From: a virus
Direction: 5' to 3' (one strand)
Virus record (IMG/VR): IMGVR_UViG_3300008113_000031
Location: 1-64,000 of that record
Length of the DNA: 64,000 nucleotides
Of this stretch, positions 9,260 to 19,062 are shown one piece after another; the first letter of the stretch is position 1; the number at the start of each line of letters is the position of its first letter. The notes beneath the pieces were generated by a model that was not told the DNA's origin, did not search any database, and saw only the letters and a list, made by a program, of their open reading frames with translations. Both the position numbers and the translations under genes were made by a program.

Positions 9260-9508
9260 ATGGGTATAGAATCATTTCTTAATACTGAAAGTAAAATTGA
9301 AGCGCTACAAGAGCTAAAAATGCTCATAGCAAAAGAAATATATATAAAATGTATAACATTAGGTTTTGATCCCGATGAGTTTGATCACGTTGAATATGTA
9401 TCAAGTTTTGAGCAAAATCCTGTAACAGCAGAGGGCATTAATCAAAACTATTTACTGGGTCTTTGTAAAAAAATGTTAATTGTTGAATCTAAAATAGGAG
9501 CTATTTAA
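9260..9508 (+). CDS. Small hypothetical protein (paralogue of 5730..5957)
   Basis: ATG at 9260 after GAGG; motif shared with 5730. Confidence 0.65.
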   Translation: MGIESFLNTESKIEALQELKMLIAKEIYIKCITLGFDPDEFDHVEYVSSFEQNPVTAEGINQNYLLGLCKKMLIVESKIGAI

Positions 9509-10179
9509 TGCTAGCTAATGATAGGCTTTTAGAGGAATCTAATGCGTTAGACTGTGGATTTTTTACGTTAGCAAAAGTCGCTTTGGTTATACCTGGAAAA
9601 AATGCACCAAGAACTGATAGACGTGATAATTTTCAGGTTACTGGGTTAATAGTGACTCAAAATACAGAGTATGAGAGTCAGGCTTCTGTAATAGGTAAAA
9701 GTTCTTTATATTCTGATTCAGTTCTACTTCCAAAGCATATTACAAAAATTGAATACCCAATTTATTATTCTCCAAGTTGGTTAATTTCTTACATTGAAGT
9801 GTTAGATGATAAAACAGTTGTTCCAATGACTTTTATTGATCCACAAACAGATCCAACACCTTCTACTATGTGGCTAGCAAGATCTATATATCAACTTTTT
9901 AAAAATATTAGAGAATGGTCTTTTATGGTTGATGAGCCGTTTAGCTCTGACCATCCAATGGCCACCTACTCTAAGTTGGTTATAGACTCACTGAATCCTC
10001 CTCAGGAGATACTAGACGAAATAGACGCAATGCCTGATATGCACTTAGCGAAGTTTCTAAAGGGTCAGTCTGATTACAAACAAATACCACCACATGTTGG
10101 TGTATCGCAATTATTCAAGGATTGGATTTTAGAAATTAGTCAGCAGTATCCATATAAACGTTTTGAGGAGCAACTTTAG
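9508..10179 (+). CDS. Hypothetical protein
   Basis: 223-aa ORF with coupled stop/start. Confidence 0.6.
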   Translation: MLANDRLLEESNALDCGFFTLAKVALVIPGKNAPRTDRRDNFQVTGLIVTQNTEYESQASVIGKSSLYSDSVLLPKHITKIEYPIYYSPSWLISYIEVLDDKTVVPMTFIDPQTDPTPSTMWLARSIYQLFKNIREWSFMVDEPFSSDHPMATYSKLVIDSLNPPQEILDEIDAMPDMHLAKFLKGQSDYKQIPPHVGVSQLFKDWILEISQQYPYKRFEEQL

Positions 10180-10478
10180 TGTTTAAAAATATATTATTGT
10201 TTTTTAATAAAATTAAAGTAGCAGTAAAAACAATGTCCAATAAAACTTATTGGAGTAAAGCAAACAGCGTAGAGGCTTGGGGTTTCGCTACAAAATTGGC
10301 TATAATTTTTCCGGGTCTTCTTTTTGGTAAACAATTTTGGTGGCTATATATATTTGCAATTCTCTCTAGCATTGCTTTAATATGGTCCTCTACAGTTAAA
10401 ACACTTCCAACTATAATACTATTTAATGTATGTTGGGTTGTTTTAGCTAGTTTAGCTATAGCAAAACATTTTATCTAG
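10179..10478 (+). CDS. Small membrane protein
   Basis: About three hydrophobic segments (LAIIFPGLLF, WWLYIFAILSSIALIW, IILFNVCWVVLASLAIA). Confidence 0.6.
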   Translation: MFKNILLFFNKIKVAVKTMSNKTYWSKANSVEAWGFATKLAIIFPGLLFGKQFWWLYIFAILSSIALIWSSTVKTLPTIILFNVCWVVLASLAIAKHFI

Positions 10479-10487
10479 GAGTTAATC

Positions 10488-10850
10488 ATGTTATACAACG
10501 ACCTGGTAGGATATAGTCAAACTGGAGTATCCTATGAGGGGTCGTTGACTTTATCTGTTCCTGGGTTTTCTTTAACCTTATTACCGCCATCAATAGCCGT
10601 ATACGTAGGTGATGAACCAGATTTTAGTAATTTAACAAGCATAGGGCTTGTTACTATTACATCAGTTAAAACTGGTTCAATTACATTGGAAACCACAGAG
10701 CAACAAGCAGAATTAATTGCTCAGTCGTCTTTGGTATATGTGGTCAAATCAGCAGATATTTCCCTTCAAAATAACGCATTAGAAGAAGGTAGCTTAGTTC
10801 AGGTTGCAGTGTTAAATTCCGCAAAATCTGCAGAACAGACCCTTGCTTAG
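10488..10850 (+). CDS. Hypothetical (probably virion) protein
   Basis: AGGAG RBS; 120 aa, beta-rich. Confidence 0.55.
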   Translation: MLYNDLVGYSQTGVSYEGSLTLSVPGFSLTLLPPSIAVYVGDEPDFSNLTSIGLVTITSVKTGSITLETTEQQAELIAQSSLVYVVKSADISLQNNALEEGSLVQVAVLNSAKSAEQTLA

Positions 10851-10902
10851 TAATTTCTAGAATTAAGTACTATTATATATAGATCTATAAAATGGAGATA
10901 AA

Positions 10903-11802
10903 ATGTCTAGTTCCGTCCTGGTTAATGATACCGTTAGAATTAAAGTTAAATTTGTAGACGTTAATCCGACTACGGGGGAACAACAATCTGTTTCCCCATC
11001 TTCTGTAATCGTTAATATTGAAAAAGCAGACGGACAAAACGTTGTAACAAATGCATTTGCTACGGCCATTAATTCATCAGAGTATTACTATGATTTTACT
11101 CCTTCCGTAGCAGGTCAATACACAGTAATGTTCAATGGCATTATGCCAGACACATCTCAGATACTCGTCAATCAAAATCTATATGTCAGCGATGCGGAAT
11201 CCGATTACAGGCCTACAGTAACTCTTAAGGCAGATGAAACAATAATCTTTGCCGCTGACTTAGATCCTTTGTACATAGATCCAGAAGAGCTTTTGTCATT
11301 TTTCCCAGATGCATCGCTTCTTGAAATCGGTGAGTTAATTCATCACTATTCTTTAGAGGTTAAGGAAATATTCAACTTACTTGATACGGAAAATGGAACT
11401 GGAATTAATTTTACAACAGCAGAATACATTAAAGCTTCTGCATGTTGTGAGTTAAGTAGGACTTATGGTTTCGGCGGGGATGATGAGCTTTCTTTAAAAC
11501 TTGCGGATTTATCTATAACAAATAGATCTAATCCAAGAACTTCTATTAATAGAGGGAATGCCACCACTTGGTGTCAAATAGCAGCTGCTTTAAGAAAAGA
11601 ACTGATGGCCTCAAGGGTTGGAATGAGAGCAGTTACGCCAAAAGGTTTGCCTTCAGAAAAGATTGCTACAGCTGGTAAAAATGTAGATCCAGAAACTGGT
11701 GCAATCATATATCTTTCAGATAGAGAACTTTATGGTAGGGGTAAGAAAAAATCTCCAAAAGAAGACCCTATGCCATCAAGAGGTTTAAAGAAGTATGATT
11801 GA
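10903..11802 (+). CDS. Ig-like domain plus putative head-tail adaptor
   Basis: N-terminal YYYDFTPSVAGQYTV Ig-like domain, helical C-terminal half; first gene of the neck cluster. Confidence 0.5.
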   Translation: MSSSVLVNDTVRIKVKFVDVNPTTGEQQSVSPSSVIVNIEKADGQNVVTNAFATAINSSEYYYDFTPSVAGQYTVMFNGIMPDTSQILVNQNLYVSDAESDYRPTVTLKADETIIFAADLDPLYIDPEELLSFFPDASLLEIGELIHHYSLEVKEIFNLLDTENGTGINFTTAEYIKASACCELSRTYGFGGDDELSLKLADLSITNRSNPRTSINRGNATTWCQIAAALRKELMASRVGMRAVTPKGLPSEKIATAGKNVDPETGAIIYLSDRELYGRGKKKSPKEDPMPSRGLKKYD

Positions 11803-12172
11803 TCCTAAAAAAGCTTTTAGAAAAATTCTTAGAGAATATGGTCACGATGTCCTCTTGCAAAGAAGAGTATCTGATGATTTTTTGTATTCAACAAATTTTG
11901 AAAGAATAACAACTAGACATTTCTTTCCATCAGCAGAAGTTTTAGCCCAAGCGCAAAAAGAAGATAATGAAGGTTTTGTTACCAACGTTGATTTAATTTT
12001 TTATTTTGAATCAGAAGTAAACCCAAAACAAGGCGATAGAATATACGAGGAGTCTCCATCCAATGTTAATGACCCAAACGTCTACATGATAGACTTTGCT
12101 GCACCAGTAAGAGGTAGAATGGGTAAAATAGTTTATTGGACAGTCGGAGCTACCAGAGAAAGGCCAAGTTAA
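11795..12172 (+). CDS. Putative head-closure/neck protein
   Basis: 125 aa; GHDVLLQR, FYFE..VNPKQGDRIYE, RGRMGKIVYW resemble head-tail joining proteins; synteny. Confidence 0.55.
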   Translation: MIDPKKAFRKILREYGHDVLLQRRVSDDFLYSTNFERITTRHFFPSAEVLAQAQKEDNEGFVTNVDLIFYFESEVNPKQGDRIYEESPSNVNDPNVYMIDFAAPVRGRMGKIVYWTVGATRERPS

Positions 12173-13827
12173 TGATAGTTTTATCTCCAGGCCAAACTGG
12201 TACTTTTGAATTTATTTTTAATGAAAATAATACTTTTTATGATCCAACATCTGGAGCAACTCCTTCTGATGTTTTAGTGTCTGTCTACAGAGGGGATGCA
12301 GGATCAGGTACCGTAATAGATGGTCCTTATTCTTATCTATTTCAGGCCGCCACTCCAAGTGGAAATTACATAGAAAAAACTACAAACAATACTATATATC
12401 ACGGTAATTTCGGAGATTTACCTGGCCAGAATGTGTCTACATTAAACGCAACAAAGTTTTCTTTTTACTACACTCCTCCTGAAAAGCTTTTTCCAGGAAA
12501 CTATTCAGTAGTAGCAACTACATATTCTGGGGCTAGCATTATACAATATATAGCCCATTTTCAAATCCCGCAAACAAGCGTAGCTTTATCTTCTGCTTAT
12601 GCATCAGGGCAAAGAGAGATAATTCAATCTTTTGTTCCAGCTTATCAGAATCTTGATCAATATAAAACAAACTCAGTCCTTTTAATTGGCCACGCTGATG
12701 GAATAGAATTAAACAACATAATTAGAATTGGTTCTATTCAAGAAGCTGTAGATTTATTAAAAGCAAATGTTAATTCACCTCTACTAAGAGGTGTTTTTGA
12801 CGCATATGCAGCAGGCGCTAGAGATATTTATATATGCGCAGCAGCTCCGATGACCGAATATATTGAGGGCATATCTGAGAGAAACGCTGCAAAGCCATTT
12901 TATTCAATGAATGATGCAACCCCTGTTAACTATAATTTTTACCAAAGATATTGGTCTAGACTAGAAGAAACTTATCATGTAATTAAAGATTATGATTATA
13001 TTGATATCGTTGTTCCTTTAGAGACAAGTATATTAAATACCGGATCTGTTGACTTTACAACACAATTAGCTTCATATTGTCAAGACTTTCACAATAAAAG
13101 TGGAATGATTCAGATAGGGGTTATTGGAAGCAGAACGGGAGCAATAACAGAAGCTGACATAGTTGCTTTAGAAAGTAAAAACATATTTATAAATAGGTAC
13201 ACAATGTTTGATCCACAAAATCAAATTATAGGGGATATGGGTAGATTTGTTGTACCAATTTATGGTGAACTAATTATCAATCACAACTTTTTAAATATAA
13301 CATATGTATCGTCTGGTGCAGCGACAGTAGCTGGAATGATATCAGCAAACCCAGTAAATCAAAGTCTTATAAGAAAAAATGTACCCTCTGCTTTTGGTTT
13401 AAGTGGAATATCTTTAAATCAATCTCAAGTAGACAGATTAGATAACATTGGCGTCAATACCTTTACACGCAATGCCAGAACAAGAAGAGGCAATACTTAT
13501 CAAATATATTTGACTAACGATAACACTATGGCACACCCTACATCTAATTATAGAAAGCTTCCGCAAATTAGATTATGTGCAATGTTAATAAATGAAATCA
13601 AAGCGTTATCGAATAATAATATAAGTAAATTTTCTTCCCAAAAAGCGGTAGAAGATGTAAGAAAGCTTTTATCTTTCTTAAAAACTAACAATATAATTGC
13701 AGATTATACTTTTGAGGCCTACAGTGATCAGGAGATAAAAGGAAAACTATACTTTGACATTAGTGTAACTTCTTCTCTGGGTCTTAAAAAAATGTCATTT
13801 AGCATATCATCAGGCAAGGCAGCATAA
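12172..13827 (+). CDS. Tail sheath-like protein with an N-terminal Ig-like extension
   Basis: True start ATG 12172 overlaps the upstream TAA. LLRGVFDAYAAGARDIY parallels LHKAYKELVAAGADRIF in 14647; sheath-type C-terminus. Confidence 0.6.
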   Translation: MIVLSPGQTGTFEFIFNENNTFYDPTSGATPSDVLVSVYRGDAGSGTVIDGPYSYLFQAATPSGNYIEKTTNNTIYHGNFGDLPGQNVSTLNATKFSFYYTPPEKLFPGNYSVVATTYSGASIIQYIAHFQIPQTSVALSSAYASGQREIIQSFVPAYQNLDQYKTNSVLLIGHADGIELNNIIRIGSIQEAVDLLKANVNSPLLRGVFDAYAAGARDIYICAAAPMTEYIEGISERNAAKPFYSMNDATPVNYNFYQRYWSRLEETYHVIKDYDYIDIVVPLETSILNTGSVDFTTQLASYCQDFHNKSGMIQIGVIGSRTGAITEADIVALESKNIFINRYTMFDPQNQIIGDMGRFVVPIYGELIINHNFLNITYVSSGAATVAGMISANPVNQSLIRKNVPSAFGLSGISLNQSQVDRLDNIGVNTFTRNARTRRGNTYQIYLTNDNTMAHPTSNYRKLPQIRLCAMLINEIKALSNNNISKFSSQKAVEDVRKLLSFLKTNNIIADYTFEAYSDQEIKGKLYFDISVTSSLGLKKMSFSISSGKAA

Positions 13828-13828
13828 C

Positions 13829-14569
13829 ATGGCACAAAACGCATTTGGATTTCCATTACCAGCTTTAAACGAGGTGGCAAATAATAGGACCTTTGGTCCA
13901 CCACTTCAAGCAGCCGGTAATTTAACTTATCTTGAATTTATATCTGTAGTTAAATTATTGTGGGAAAACCTTCATCCAGACATTCCAGTGGTTCCCACTC
14001 AGCCGGCTCAGTACGCAACGTACCCATGCATCGTGTATGGCCTAGAGTTGAGAAAGGCACACTCTGTAGAACCAAAGCCTAGAAGTAGGCACGTCATTGA
14101 AAATGACATGATGGTTTTTGGGCAGAGATTTCAAAATGTTGTATCTTTTACTATAACAACAAAAGTTATGGGAGGGGCAACTAAGACCCCGGAATCAAGA
14201 TATGACGGAGCAGAAGTAGCAGACTCCTTAGCAGAGATTTTTGAGGACTTTATGCTTGAATATACCCCAGTTTTTAAAAGATTAGGGGCATCAGAATTTG
14301 TCTATGCGAGAAGACTCGCAGACGCAGAGGAAAATAAGGGAAGTACTGACGTAGTCAAAAGAACTGTTACGTATATGTTAACTACAGAAAAGCTTATAGC
14401 TAGCTCAGTTGGAACCATAGAGCAAATAGCTATAGATGTTAGAACTTATATGGCCTATGAAAAAGAGTTAATTAAAGAGCCATTTGAAAAAGCAACTCCT
14501 GATTTCGAGGGCACAGAAGTAACTATTATAGACCTATATCAAAATTCTACACCAAATATTAACTCATAG
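13829..14569 (+). CDS. Putative tail completion/terminator protein
   Basis: Lies immediately before the sheath; YPCIVYGL...FQNVVSFTI pattern. Confidence 0.45.
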   Translation: MAQNAFGFPLPALNEVANNRTFGPPLQAAGNLTYLEFISVVKLLWENLHPDIPVVPTQPAQYATYPCIVYGLELRKAHSVEPKPRSRHVIENDMMVFGQRFQNVVSFTITTKVMGGATKTPESRYDGAEVADSLAEIFEDFMLEYTPVFKRLGASEFVYARRLADAEENKGSTDVVKRTVTYMLTTEKLIASSVGTIEQIAIDVRTYMAYEKELIKEPFEKATPDFEGTEVTIIDLYQNSTPNINS

Positions 14570-14587
14570 TTGTTTTTATAGGTTGTT

Positions 14588-14596
14588 CGTTACTAT
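14588..14596 (+). promoter_or_regulatory. Putative (late) promoter element CGTTACTAT upstream of the sheath gene
   Basis: Intergenic; same core as 388-396; GGAGG RBS follows. Confidence 0.45.
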
Positions 14597-14646
14597 ACAT
14601 TAAGACTAGACCTACAAAAGACTGCAAACCGGAGGTTTAAAATTCA

Positions 14647-15933
14647 ATGGCTCTACCTGGCGTTAAAACAATCGTAAAAGATCGCTTTTATAGCATCTCA
14701 AGACAGGATTCTCCTGTCGGTCCAAGAATCTGTGTAATCGGCATGCGTAGCACCGCCGATGGCACTGGCAACGTAGCTGACTTAGACGTCGTTCAAGTTA
14801 CAAAAGAATCTGACGTTATCACCGCTTTTGGTGAGGGTTCACAGCTGCACAAAGCTTATAAGGAATTAGTTGCTGCTGGTGCAGATAGAATCTTTATGGT
14901 TCCTCTCCCAAGCAATACAACATTTAATCATACCAATGGTACAGCTACTTCTGGTGGCACAGACGTCTTTGATGCAGCATTCGCTGCAGCTGAAGTCGCC
15001 CTTCCAGACATCATTGTTCCTTGGGGTAGAGGTGGCACCACTTCAGACTGGCAAGATCCAGCAACTCCTGGTGACGACGTTGAGTATGGTTTCCATGCTG
15101 ACAACACTACAACAGTAGCAAACAACTGGGCATACAAAGTAGCCAACAAGGTTAAGGCAATCAGCGAAAACAGCAATCCATGTGTTGCCGTAATGGGAAT
15201 TAGACCATGGATTGGCACTGGTGCAACTCCTGCAACCGCAGAGACAATGACACCAGCTAATGTTTCAACACACCTTAGCCTTACTCGCCTTCCAGACAAG
15301 AATGCAACTTCTGGTTCATCATATACCTGGGGCGGAATTGGTAGATACGTTATAATCATTGCAGCAGAGGTCAAGCCAGTCAATTACAGCTCAGAAAACT
15401 ACGCAGACTTTGGTTACGCAAATGGCGCAACAACTTTTGCAGCTTCTTTGAGCAGAATGGCTTCTTACGTAAGTCCAGTCAACAAGACAGTCTTTAACGT
15501 AACAAGACTGCGCTACAATCCAACTAGAACACAACTTTCTAACGACCAAGCAACTGGTGTTACCGACAAGGGTGTAAACGCAATTGTCCTTAACTTTAAT
15601 AAGATTCCAGTATATGCAGAAGGCATGACATTTGCTCCCGCTACCTCAGACTACAACAGAATTTCAACTTCAAGAATTATCAACGAAGCTGCTCTTGTTG
15701 TCCGTCAGGTTTGTCAGAAGTTTGTTGGTGAGCCTTCAACAATGCAAGTCCGCAACTCGATGGAAACAGCTATTACTTCGGGTCTACGCGGGATGCAACA
15801 GCTTGGCGCTCTTCTTGACAGTGACTTCACCGTAAGTTACATTCCAAGCGAAAACAAAGCCCTAGTTGACCTAGTGCTAACACCAGCTTTTGAACTTAAG
15901 TCAATTGAAGTTCAAATAGCAGTTAACCTTTAA
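14647..15933 (+). CDS. Tail sheath protein
   Basis: MALPGV N-terminus; C-terminal RIIN..VRQVCQKFVGEP...LVLTPAFELKSIEVQI sheath signature; high-expression codon bias. Confidence 0.85.
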   Translation: MALPGVKTIVKDRFYSISRQDSPVGPRICVIGMRSTADGTGNVADLDVVQVTKESDVITAFGEGSQLHKAYKELVAAGADRIFMVPLPSNTTFNHTNGTATSGGTDVFDAAFAAAEVALPDIIVPWGRGGTTSDWQDPATPGDDVEYGFHADNTTTVANNWAYKVANKVKAISENSNPCVAVMGIRPWIGTGATPATAETMTPANVSTHLSLTRLPDKNATSGSSYTWGGIGRYVIIIAAEVKPVNYSSENYADFGYANGATTFAASLSRMASYVSPVNKTVFNVTRLRYNPTRTQLSNDQATGVTDKGVNAIVLNFNKIPVYAEGMTFAPATSDYNRISTSRIINEAALVVRQVCQKFVGEPSTMQVRNSMETAITSGLRGMQQLGALLDSDFTVSYIPSENKALVDLVLTPAFELKSIEVQIAVNL

Positions 15934-15964
15934 TATTAACACTATAAGATAGGAGGGTACACAG

Positions 15965-16657
15965 ATGCCAGCATCAGGCGAGTACTACGATTCACCGGTT
16001 AACAAATACCTTAATACATATACCACTTTCTCCGGAGCAGATATTGTTGCCACCTTTGGCGGTAAGGAGATCGGAGCATTGTCGGGTATTACTTTCTCGG
16101 TTACAAGAGAAAAAGCACCAATTTATACCATGGGTTCACCAAACCCAAGGTCATTCTCCAGAGGTAAAAGAGGTATCGCTGGTTCATTGATCTTCACAGT
16201 CTTTGACCGCCCTGCCCTTTACACAATGCTTGAGACCCACCACGGCACCTCTCAAGAAATGAAGTTCTGGACAAGATCAAGCAACACACTTCCAGGTGAT
16301 CCTTCACATAGAAGAGGTATTGCTGAGTTTGACGACCAATCAAGAGACGTTGTAAGCAAGGTTCCTTACTACGCAGACCAAATTCCACCATTTGACATCA
16401 CCATTACATTTGTCAATGAATATGGTCAGGGCGCAGTAAGATCAATCTACGGCGTTGAGCTTCTTAACGAAGGTTCTGGCGCTTCAATGGACGATATCGT
16501 TATTGAAGAGACAATGACCTACGTAGCTCGTGAGATTGGTCCTATGTACACCATTTCTAACTCACAATTGAGCAGATTCGGTGGCAGCTTGTCTGACATC
16601 ATTTCCAAGGACGCAGTAACCTCAAGTGGTCTAAACTCAGAAATCATTAGACCATAA
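15965..16657 (+). CDS. Tail tube protein
   Basis: Follows the sheath; FSGADI, ITFSVTREKAPIYTMG, RGKRGIAGSLIF, PPFDITITF; followed by a terminator. Confidence 0.8.
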   Translation: MPASGEYYDSPVNKYLNTYTTFSGADIVATFGGKEIGALSGITFSVTREKAPIYTMGSPNPRSFSRGKRGIAGSLIFTVFDRPALYTMLETHHGTSQEMKFWTRSSNTLPGDPSHRRGIAEFDDQSRDVVSKVPYYADQIPPFDITITFVNEYGQGAVRSIYGVELLNEGSGASMDDIVIEETMTYVAREIGPMYTISNSQLSRFGGSLSDIISKDAVTSSGLNSEIIRP

Positions 16658-16684
16658 TTTTTAAGGTTAAGTCTTAACATCTAT

Positions 16685-16726
16685 AGCGTGGAGGATGACT
16701 AGTTTGTCCTCCACGCTTTAGTTTTT
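16685..16726 (+). terminator. Rho-independent terminator after the tube gene
   Basis: AGCGTGGAGGA / TCCTCCACGCT stem followed by TTAGTTTTT. Confidence 0.8.
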
Positions 16727-16737
16727 ATCGGAGCAAA

Positions 16738-17472
16738 ATGTACAAAGATATTGAAAAACTTAAAATAGAACAAAGAAAAGTAGTAGACTACGCCAATCAG
16801 GTGGAGTCAGTTAGAAGAGAAAAGGGTCTTCCAGATCCATTCTCAAATATGTCTTTTGCTGGCGTGGACATTCAAGCCACTATGGTTCTTCCAAGGATGG
16901 GCGATGAGACATCAAGTGATGATGGCGATTTTATTGAACTTGGCGAACTGCAAACCATATCATATTCTATACACAGAGAAAACAGTCCAGTTAGAACGCT
17001 TGGCCACGTAAACCCCAGAGGCTTTGTCAAGGGGTCTAGAACTATTGCTGGATCTTTAATATTTACTGTTTTTAACGAATATGCTTTTTATAGAATTAAA
17101 GAATTTAAGAGAGCTTTGCTTGAAAGAAATTATGCTCCGCTAGCTGATATGCTACCGCCATTTGATGTCGTCTTAACTTTCTTTAATGAATACGGTTTAG
17201 CTGCTAAAATGAAGATATATGGAATTACTATAGTAGACGAAGGTCAAACTATGTCCGTAGACGACCTTATCACAGAACAGACATATACTTATATGGCAAG
17301 AGGTATACAGCCTCTAATGCATCTAGACCCTGTAGAAGATAGAAATATTTATTCTAATAATTCAGATGATTTAGCAAGACAGGCTCTCGATGCATCTGCA
17401 ATATCAACCAACTTTTTTGGTGATAGAATAGAACTTTATAAAAACTTTATCAACTCAAGGATGAGTATTTAA
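16738..17472 (+). CDS. Tail tube-like paralogue 2
   Basis: FAGVDI, ISYSIHRE, GSRTIAGSLIFTVF, PPFDVVLTFFNEYG; clearly homologous to 15965. Confidence 0.75.
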   Translation: MYKDIEKLKIEQRKVVDYANQVESVRREKGLPDPFSNMSFAGVDIQATMVLPRMGDETSSDDGDFIELGELQTISYSIHRENSPVRTLGHVNPRGFVKGSRTIAGSLIFTVFNEYAFYRIKEFKRALLERNYAPLADMLPPFDVVLTFFNEYGLAAKMKIYGITIVDEGQTMSVDDLITEQTYTYMARGIQPLMHLDPVEDRNIYSNNSDDLARQALDASAISTNFFGDRIELYKNFINSRMSI

Positions 17473-18501
17473 ATGCCAGAGTCATCTTACAGTAGAGCAC
17501 CATACAGGCCTTTCACTGCATACATGCCCAGAAACTTAAAAGAGGGTGATGATTACTTTGACCCAATTAATCAGGCAATAGATCTTGAGTGGGGTGGAAC
17601 AAGAACTGACGAAAAGTTTAATAGTTATTTTGATTATTTCTTTTCTGGAGAAGATGTAAAAGTTTATATTGATGGTCTTTTTGATGAAAAATATGAAATG
17701 GACATAGCATCAATGGCTTTTGTGATTAAACAAGAAAAGCAGCCGTTGTATGGATTTTGGTCTTATAACTACGATGCAGTAATGATGGGTACCAGATTGA
17801 TTACTGGAGAGCTTTCAATTTATTCTAGATATCCAAGAAGGATGACAGATCTCCTAGAGGAAGCAGCTAGAGTAAGAATGGAAAGTTCTAGCTCTAATCC
17901 ATCTTCTGCTGTTATGAGCGTTCTTGGTAGTTCCACCGATCAGGCTAGAAAAGATGATGAAATAAATATACAAAAATATTGGCTTAATTCAGAATTAGAT
18001 AGAGTCACATCAGATCCAATGGCAACATCTTTGGTTCAAAACCAAGGTGCTGGACACAATATTTTTAGTGCCCATCCTCCATTTAATTTAGTTGTATTTT
18101 ATGGAACAGAAGAGGTTGCAATAACTAATAATAAGATAGTTACATACGAGTCCGCCTCAAATGTAAACAGACAATTAAATTCTGACAGAATTTTAGCAAC
18201 AGATTATAATGAAAGAAAAACTTTAAATAATGTTTCTAGTCCAATGAAACTAGTTCTTCAAAACATTAACTTAATGTCAATGACCACTTCATATACAAGC
18301 GGTGGTCAGCCATTAGTTGAAAACTATCAATTTATCGCAAGAGATATGTATTTTACAGATGCAAGAGCTGGCGACAACGCTGTTACTGGACAGCGTGCAA
18401 CTGTCCCAGATGAAACAGAAAAGCAGTATACTATTCAACCCGTAACAACAGAAACTGTTGTATCTGGAGTTACTTTTAATAGTGGAGAATATACAGCGTA
18501 A
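17473..18501 (+). CDS. Tail tube-like paralogue 3 (tube initiator-like)
   Basis: FSGEDV, KQEKQPLYG, GTRLITGEL, HPPFNLVV, YQFIARD match the tube motifs. Confidence 0.6.
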   Translation: MPESSYSRAPYRPFTAYMPRNLKEGDDYFDPINQAIDLEWGGTRTDEKFNSYFDYFFSGEDVKVYIDGLFDEKYEMDIASMAFVIKQEKQPLYGFWSYNYDAVMMGTRLITGELSIYSRYPRRMTDLLEEAARVRMESSSSNPSSAVMSVLGSSTDQARKDDEINIQKYWLNSELDRVTSDPMATSLVQNQGAGHNIFSAHPPFNLVVFYGTEEVAITNNKIVTYESASNVNRQLNSDRILATDYNERKTLNNVSSPMKLVLQNINLMSMTTSYTSGGQPLVENYQFIARDMYFTDARAGDNAVTGQRATVPDETEKQYTIQPVTTETVVSGVTFNSGEYTA

Positions 18502-18511
18502 TATAAAAGTA

Positions 18512-18520
18512 TGATATAAT
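18512..18520 (+). promoter_or_regulatory. Extended -10 promoter TGATATAAT
   Basis: Perfect TGnTATAAT in the intergenic gap; AAGGAG RBS at 18545-18550. Confidence 0.6.
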
Positions 18521-18555
18521 TGGACCTAATAATCCAATGCGCAAAAGGAGAAAAA

Positions 18556-19059
18556 ATGTCAGGTGAAAAAAAAGTGGTAGTTACTACCGATGAGGCTACG
18601 AAAGAAGAGCTTGGTGTTGAAGATTACCAGGTTATTTCGCTCGAAGACGATGAAGATATGAATCAAGAGCAACAGGGTATGACCGTTGAAGATCTTGATG
18701 ACAGTGAAGAGATTTGGGACGGTGGCCCAACTGCTGGGCAAATCAAACAATGGAAGGCAATGTTTGGCGATGTCTACGTAACATCTATTACATTTGACAA
18801 GCACATTGTCTGGAGAACTCTTAATAGAAATGAATACAAGCAGCTCGTAAAGAAGATGGAGCAGCTTGTTCAGGCCGGTCAAATGTCAACCGCAGAGGCA
18901 AACCTTTGGAACGAAGAAGCAATCACGGAAATATGCCTGCTCTTCCCAGCCTATGACAAGATTGCACTTTCTAATGAAATGGCAGGACTTCCTTCGCTTC
19001 TTTCTCAGGAAATACTAGAAGCTTCGGGATTCGTAGCTCTAGAGGTTCGTCAGTTATAA
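18556..19059 (+). CDS. Putative tail assembly chaperone 1
   Basis: ATG 18556 with RBS; acidic; WKAMFGDVY..IVWRTLNRNEYK; lies between tube and tape measure. Confidence 0.6.
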   Translation: MSGEKKVVVTTDEATKEELGVEDYQVISLEDDEDMNQEQQGMTVEDLDDSEEIWDGGPTAGQIKQWKAMFGDVYVTSITFDKHIVWRTLNRNEYKQLVKKMEQLVQAGQMSTAEANLWNEEAITEICLLFPAYDKIALSNEMAGLPSLLSQEILEASGFVALEVRQL

Positions 19060-19062
19060 ATT

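Noticed and set aside
12136-12171. In-frame CGG (12145) in the ORF-track N-terminal extension MDSRSYQRKAKL, an apparent exception to the CGG rule
   Set aside because: The extension overlaps the upstream gene, where these bases read GTC GGA. The real start is most likely the coupled ATG at 12172.
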